Assembly: GCA_963664825.1 (NCBI GenBank)
Contig: OY761614.1
Coordinates: 1,632,001-1,696,000 of the forward strand
DNA from: an uncultured Holophaga sp.
Lineage (GTDB): Bacteria; Acidobacteriota; Holophagae; Holophagales; Holophagaceae
Length of the DNA: 64,000 nucleotides
Direction: 5' to 3'
In this document: one piece after another, positions 58,998 through 64,000 of the stretch
How positions within the stretch are numbered: the first letter of the stretch is position 1
Layout: every line of letters begins with the position of its first letter
Translations under genes and position numbers: made by a program
Notes under the pieces: model-generated
Database searches by the model: none
What the model was told of the DNA's origin: nothing
Seen by the model: only the letters and a program-made list of their open reading frames with translations

Positions 58998-60908
58998 ATG
59001 CAATGCGCCCCATTCGATCGAAGCAAGCTGACGCTGGCCCTGCTCATGGCCCCCGTCGCCATTGTCTCCCCCGCGCTGCGCGCGCAAGCGCCGGACGAGG
59101 ATTCCTATCTGGGAGAAAGCCCCGAGCGCTACGCCCAGGTGAAGGTGCTAGAGGGTGATGTGCGCATTCACAAGGGCGAGGGAGAAGAGGCTCTCAGCCG
59201 GGGGATCCCTGTGGCTGAGGGGGATGTGGTGGAAAGCCGCGGACGTGGTGTCCTGCAACTGGGCGACGGGAGCCGCATCGCCTTTGGGAGTTCGACCCGC
59301 TTCCAGGTCGCCGCGCTCTTCACCGATCAGAAGGGAGCGCGCCAGGTGCTCCTGCGCCTGGACTACGGACGCCTGCGCGTCATGGTGGGTTCCCAGAGCG
59401 AAGCCCGCATCCGCATCGACACGCCCTCCGGCACGGCCACCCTGGCCGACAAGTCCAGCGCCAGCTGTGAGGTCGAACAGGATCGCACCGTGCGCGTGCG
59501 GGTCCATAGCGGCAGGGCCACCTTCGCCAACGATGCCGATCACAGCACCCTTTCCGCAGGGGAGCGGCTCACGGTCTACAGCAGGCAGGACCGCCTGGAC
59601 CGGGTGCGCAGCTTCAACACCTACGACGCCGATGCCTTCGACGGGTGGTGCGACGACCATCTGGCCATCCGCCGCGGGGCCAGTTGGGACAAGGTGCCCC
59701 AAGAGATCCGCTACTACGCCGATGACCTGGATAAAAACGGGGAATGGATCTACGTGGACGAAACCAGCAGTTGGTGCTGGCGGCCCACGGGGGTGAGCGT
59801 GGAATGGCGCCCTTACTGGAACGGCCACTGGGGCGCCTATGCCGGGGGCATGACCTGGGTCAGCGACGATCCCTGGGGCTATGTCACCCACCACCATGGC
59901 CGCTGGGGTTGGGGCGCGAGCTTCGGGTGGTACTGGGTGCCCGGCGTCTACTACAGCCCGGCCTGGGTGGCCTGGAATTCGAGTGATAGCTACTTCGGTT
60001 GGGCCCCCTTGGGCTACTGGAACGCTCCCTGTCACTGGGGCTATGGCGCCTGGGGCGGCGGATATTGCTGGAATGTCGTGGATGTGGGCTACATCGGGCG
60101 TCGCGACCTTCACTACCGCATCCACTCCGATGTGAACATCCTCCGCAATTTCAACCGTGTCCCGGGCGGGCGCTCCCTCACGCCTCCCTGGCAGCGGGGT
60201 CCCCTCATGGTCACCCGCAATGAATTCGCCAACCCCGGGCAGTTCCAGCACGCGGTGACCCAGCGTCCCCTGCTCCGGGAGCGGATGCAGACCTATGATC
60301 GCCAGGCCCAGGCTGCCACGGGCCGCACCATCCTGCGTCGGGATCCCGGGACCCCTGGGCCCGCCAATCGTGGGGTTCAAAACCCTGGTAGCCGCGATCT
60401 CCGCCCAACGCCCTTCGAGGACCGCACCCGCCCTGTTCCCGGGCGCCCCGTCATCCGGGACAATCGCCCCGGTCCGTCTGCGCCCCGTCAATCCCAGCCC
60501 GATCCGCGGCCCGCGGCCCCGGGACGCGTCACCTCCCCGGGTCGGCCCACCACCCCTCGGGACGTGCCCGTCCGGGGTCAGGAAGACCGGGGGCGCGTCC
60601 CAGAGCGCCCGACGGTCCGGGACACTCCCCGGGAGCGAATGGAACCCTCTCGCCAGGAAACGCCTCGGGAACGAACGGCCCCCGCGTCTCGAGAGGTGCC
60701 TCGAGAGCGGATGCAGGAACAGCGCTTTCGCGAGGTGGAGCGCCCCACGGTCCGGGAGACTCCTCGGGAGCGCACCGAGCCCTCCCGACAGGAGGGTCCC
60801 CGGGAAACGCCTCGCTCCGAACCCTCCCGGCAGGAGCGTCCCTCCAGTCCCAGCGCCTCCCAGTCGGCCCCGGAACGCCCCTCCGCCGATCGCTCCAGGT
60901 CGCGCTAA
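58998..60908 (+). CDS. Secreted FecR-domain + DUF6600 (YXWGXW-repeat) protein with a Pro/Arg-rich tail
   Basis: FecR-like beta region (IDTPSG), W/G/Y-rich WRPY..GHW..PWGYVTHHHGRW, low-complexity repeated C-terminus. Confidence 0.82.
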   Translation: MQCAPFDRSKLTLALLMAPVAIVSPALRAQAPDEDSYLGESPERYAQVKVLEGDVRIHKGEGEEALSRGIPVAEGDVVESRGRGVLQLGDGSRIAFGSSTRFQVAALFTDQKGARQVLLRLDYGRLRVMVGSQSEARIRIDTPSGTATLADKSSASCEVEQDRTVRVRVHSGRATFANDADHSTLSAGERLTVYSRQDRLDRVRSFNTYDADAFDGWCDDHLAIRRGASWDKVPQEIRYYADDLDKNGEWIYVDETSSWCWRPTGVSVEWRPYWNGHWGAYAGGMTWVSDDPWGYVTHHHGRWGWGASFGWYWVPGVYYSPAWVAWNSSDSYFGWAPLGYWNAPCHWGYGAWGGGYCWNVVDVGYIGRRDLHYRIHSDVNILRNFNRVPGGRSLTPPWQRGPLMVTRNEFANPGQFQHAVTQRPLLRERMQTYDRQAQAATGRTILRRDPGTPGPANRGVQNPGSRDLRPTPFEDRTRPVPGRPVIRDNRPGPSAPRQSQPDPRPAAPGRVTSPGRPTTPRDVPVRGQEDRGRVPERPTVRDTPRERMEPSRQETPRERTAPASREVPRERMQEQRFREVERPTVRETPRERTEPSRQEGPRETPRSEPSRQERPSSPSASQSAPERPSADRSRSR

Positions 60909-60925
60909 GCCTCGAAATCCTAAAT

Positions 60926-60955
60926 GAAGAAGGGCCCCAACTGGGGCCCTTCTTC
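60926..60955. terminator. Probable bidirectional terminator
   Basis: gaagaagggcccca-ac-tggggcccttcttc between convergent genes. Confidence 0.85.
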
Positions 60956-60972
60956 TGTTTCGGAACTTCTCT

Positions 60973-62727
60973 TCAGAAATGTTCGATGGGGTAGGCACCC
61001 TTCTCGATGAGCTGGGCCGCCACGCGATCCCGTCGCTTGGCGCCAGCCACGGGCACGAAGCTATCGAAGGCGCGCAGATCGGCCAGGGCTTTGTCCAGGG
61101 CCTCGCCTTCCAGCACTTCGGCCACCAGCAGTCGGGCGTGGTTCATGACCTTGCCGAAGCTCTCGTTCACATGGATCTCGGCGCAATCCCTGGCCAGTTC
61201 GGCCCAGCGATGCCCGGCCGTCGTCATCTTGGCGGCGCGCACCACGGCTGATTCCATGGTGTAGACCTCGCTGACCATATCGGCCACCCGGGCGGCGGCC
61301 TCCTGGTTTTCGATGAGCTTCTGGCCCGTGATCTCCAGACAGGCCGCCGTGGCGTAATGAGCCTGGCGCTTGGCCAATTCCACGGCTCGCTCGGCCTGGG
61401 CCAGGGGCCCCGTCCCCAGCTGGGGCAGATCGGCCGTGTCCTTGCGCAGGGGGAGGATGCCGTTGCTGGATTTCTTGAAGACCTGGCCCGCGATGATCAT
61501 GCGGTTGATCTCGTTGGTACCTTCGAAGAGGCGGTTGATGCGGTTATCGCGGTAGATCTTCTCGGGCGGGTATTCCGCGGAGAAACCGTAGCCGCCGAAG
61601 CACTGGACGGCATCGTCGGCGATGAGGCCCAGGGCTTCCGAATCCCAGACCTTCATGATGGAGGCTTCCATCTGGAACTCGTCCATGATCTCCATCTTCC
61701 GCTTGGCGGCATCCGGCAGATCCCAGCTGGCGGCATGCATGCCCTCGTTGATGTAGCCGATGGTGCGGAAGTTCATGCTTTCGGCCACGAAGATGCGGGT
61801 GGCCATATCGGCCAAGTATCTGCGGATGAGGCCGAAATTGTTGATGGTCTTATTGAACTGCATCCGCTCGCCGGTGTATTTCAGAGTGTACTTGAGCACC
61901 TCCTTGGCGATCCCGTTGCAGCCCGCTCCCAGCTTGAAGCGCCCGATGGCGAGAATGCCGAAGGCGATGCGATGGCCCTTGCCGATCTCGCCCAGCAGGC
62001 GGTCCTTGGGGATGCGGCAGTTGTCGAAGCTGAGGGCGCGGGTGGAGGAACCCTTGATGCCCAGCTTGTGTTCCTCGGCGGCGATATGGAAACCGGGGTC
62101 CGTCTTTTCCACGATGAAGGCGCTGAACCTGCGGCCATCCACCTTGGCGAATACCACGAAGACATCGGCGAAACCCGCGTTGGTGATCCACATCTTCGAA
62201 CCGTTGAGGACCCACTGATCTCCATCCAGCGTGGCCACGGTCTTGGAGTTCATGGCATCAGAACCCGCGCCGGGCTCCGTGAGGGCGTAAGCCGCCGCCC
62301 ACTCGCCGCTGCCGAGCTTGGGGAGATACTTAGCCTTCTGCTGCTCGTTTCCGAAGTAGACGATGGGCAGCGTGCCGATGCCCGTGTGGGCGCCATAGGT
62401 GACCGAGAAGCTGGCCTGACGGCCCAGTTCCTCGAGCACCATCAGGCCGGAGATCTTATCGACATCCATGCCATCGTAGGCCTCGGGGATCTCCAGGCTC
62501 AGGAGGCCCAGTTCCCCAGCCTTGCATAGCAGTTCCCTGGTGAGGTCCAGGTCCAGCTTGTCGATCTCGGCGTCCCGCGGAATGATCTCCCCTTCCACGA
62601 ACTCCCGGGCGGCCTGGCCAATGGCCCGGGCGTCCTCGCTGAGTTCTTCGGGCGTAAACTGGAACTGGCTACCGATGGGAGTCAGCAGAAAGCTGCCCCC
62701 AAAGATCGTCTCGTGCGTTGTTTCCAT
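60973..62727 (-). CDS. Acyl-CoA dehydrogenase (long FadE type)
   Basis: GGSFL, YALTEPGAGSDA, GSKMWITN, KLGIKGSST, RINRLFEGTNEINR; GGAGG RBS. Confidence 0.94.
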   Translation of the reverse strand: METTHETIFGGSFLLTPIGSQFQFTPEELSEDARAIGQAAREFVEGEIIPRDAEIDKLDLDLTRELLCKAGELGLLSLEIPEAYDGMDVDKISGLMVLEELGRQASFSVTYGAHTGIGTLPIVYFGNEQQKAKYLPKLGSGEWAAAYALTEPGAGSDAMNSKTVATLDGDQWVLNGSKMWITNAGFADVFVVFAKVDGRRFSAFIVEKTDPGFHIAAEEHKLGIKGSSTRALSFDNCRIPKDRLLGEIGKGHRIAFGILAIGRFKLGAGCNGIAKEVLKYTLKYTGERMQFNKTINNFGLIRRYLADMATRIFVAESMNFRTIGYINEGMHAASWDLPDAAKRKMEIMDEFQMEASIMKVWDSEALGLIADDAVQCFGGYGFSAEYPPEKIYRDNRINRLFEGTNEINRMIIAGQVFKKSSNGILPLRKDTADLPQLGTGPLAQAERAVELAKRQAHYATAACLEITGQKLIENQEAAARVADMVSEVYTMESAVVRAAKMTTAGHRWAELARDCAEIHVNESFGKVMNHARLLVAEVLEGEALDKALADLRAFDSFVPVAGAKRRDRVAAQLIEKGAYPIEHF

Positions 62728-62842
62728 GGAACCTCCAACAGGGTACAGATTCGCGCCAAAGGATCCATTGTACCTGAGGCCCATGGCATCTTCGCACGGC
62801 GGTTTTTCCCCATGTCGAAGAACATGCATCAACGAGGTCGCG

Positions 62843-63541
62843 ATGCCCGAAGGAACCAAGGTCCAGTCGATGTTCAGCGCCATCGCGCCCCGCTACGATC
62901 TGCTCAACCACCTATTGAGTCTGGGACTGGATTCCTACTGGTGGCGGCGCATGGCGAAGGTCTCCGGCGCGGCGCCCGGGATGCGCATGCTGGATGTCGC
63001 GGCGGGTACAGGGGATTCCAGCCTGGCCCTGGCACGGCGCGGTGCCGAGGTCCTCAGCACGGATTTCACCCAGGGCATGCTGGCCCTGGGACCCGCCAAG
63101 TTTCAGCGCCAGGGCATGGACCTCCTCGTCTGGGCGAGCGTGGTGGCGGATGCTCAACGCCTGCCCTTTGCCAGCGAATGCTTCGATGGCCTCACGATCT
63201 GCTACGGCATCCGCAATGTGGAGCACCGCCCCTTGGCCTTCGCGGAGTTCCTGCGCGTCCTAAAACCCGGCGGCCGGCTCACGATCCTGGAGTTCAGCCG
63301 TCCCCGCTGGGCCTGGCTGAGGGCCCTCTACGATCTTTACAGCCTGAAGGCCCTGCCGAGGATCGGAGGTTGGATCAGCGGAGACGCGAGGGCCTATCGC
63401 TACCTGCCCGAGAGCATCCGCGCCTTTCCCGACCAGGAGTCCCTGGCGATGGAACTGAAAAGTGCCGGCTTTTCCAAGGTCCTGTGGAGGGATCTCACGG
63501 GGGGCATCGTGGCACTGCACGTGGGGGAAAAGGGCGCTTGA
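62843..63541 (+). CDS. ubiE: Ubiquinone/menaquinone biosynthesis methyltransferase
   Basis: MFSAIAPRYDLLN, LDVAAGTGD, YGIRNV, RVLKPGG, YLPESI. Confidence 0.94.
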   Translation: MPEGTKVQSMFSAIAPRYDLLNHLLSLGLDSYWWRRMAKVSGAAPGMRMLDVAAGTGDSSLALARRGAEVLSTDFTQGMLALGPAKFQRQGMDLLVWASVVADAQRLPFASECFDGLTICYGIRNVEHRPLAFAEFLRVLKPGGRLTILEFSRPRWAWLRALYDLYSLKALPRIGGWISGDARAYRYLPESIRAFPDQESLAMELKSAGFSKVLWRDLTGGIVALHVGEKGA

Positions 63542-63628
63542 AGAGGCCGAATCCCCCGGATGGTCTACAATGAAGGATATTCACTCAGGCGTTCGTCTGC
63601 TCGCCTCTGCGCATCTTGAGGTGCCGCT

Positions 63629-63835
63629 ATGTCTAAGCCCGATCCCTCCATCACCGCCAACCTCCTGGGCAGCCTCACGGGCAAACCGGGGTCGGAAGGC
63701 CTGGGGGGCAATGCCCAGCCCGGCCTGCCCGGCCACGCCGAGCGCCATCCCGCTCCCTCTGCCCACAAGACCACCCGGCCCGCCCCTTCCAAACAGGCGA
63801 TGGGCCGTACGCGCACCAGCAATAGGGGCAAATAG
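63629..63835 (+). CDS. Small basic hypothetical protein
   Basis: GAGG RBS, 68-aa ORF; no recognisable domain. Confidence 0.5.
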   Translation: MSKPDPSITANLLGSLTGKPGSEGLGGNAQPGLPGHAERHPAPSAHKTTRPAPSKQAMGRTRTSNRGK

Positions 63836-64000
63836 GCCTTCCGCTCGCACGGTGGGGTCGAAGGGAATTGACAGACTGTAGGCTGTGACATTCTCCTGAT
63901 GGCGACTTGCCTACCATGGACTCTGGCGGCGGTGGCGGCCTGGGAGTGATCCATGCTTGGTTTTTTCAGCACCATGATGTTCGCCTTCCTGGCGCTCTTC

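Noticed and set aside
60590..60840. ERPTVR[DE]TPRER repeats
   Set aside because: Ordinary low-complexity tail of the FecR/DUF6600 protein.
808..63975. Numerous long overlapping ORFs in the track (for example 808-2190, 11399-13288, 55052-56878, 59148-60998)
   Set aside because: They are antisense or alternate-frame shadows of motif-bearing genes, expected in GC-rich DNA, and show no recognisable domains.
63953..64000. Possible gene start MLGFFSTMMFAFLALF at the window end
   Set aside because: Too little sequence to support a call.

Overview
GC-rich bacterial chromosome segment; gene content and style suggest an anaerobic Acidobacteriota (Holophagaceae-like) host, which is inference only. Core content, left to right: a Lys/Ala-rich tandem-repeat protein, ilvE with a MocR regulator, engB, and a complete B12-dependent oxidative ornithine degradation operon (ord-ortA-ortB-oraS-oraE-reactivase-orr) extended by a fucose-isomerase-like gene and an alanine racemase, with a divergent XRE-cupin regulator. 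Next come ftsE and envC, a GGDEF-EAL protein, a CDP-3,6-dideoxysugar cluster with TPP-enzyme, SDR, DHQS-like and aldolase genes, then pilR-like/pseudopilin/yceD/rpmF/plsX/pyrH, argF, cstA, an acyl-CoA dehydrogenase and ubiE. Two accessory islands stand out. (1) About 36.5-42.4 kb, largely low-GC: a 59-aa double-glycine-leader, 3-Cys precursor peptide missed by the ORF track (36924-37103), a C39-like/VKOR/thioredoxin membrane protein, HlyD and an internally deleted C39-peptidase ABC exporter, interrupted by ISL3 and IS1595 remnants. This is a candidate disulfide-tailored peptide (RiPP/bacteriocin-like) system in decay. (2) About 51.35-54.25 kb: a type I HsdR N-terminal relic followed by a GmrSD-like nuclease with an extra C-terminal domain that may read modified bases. 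All assignments come from motif recognition by eye; no searches were run.
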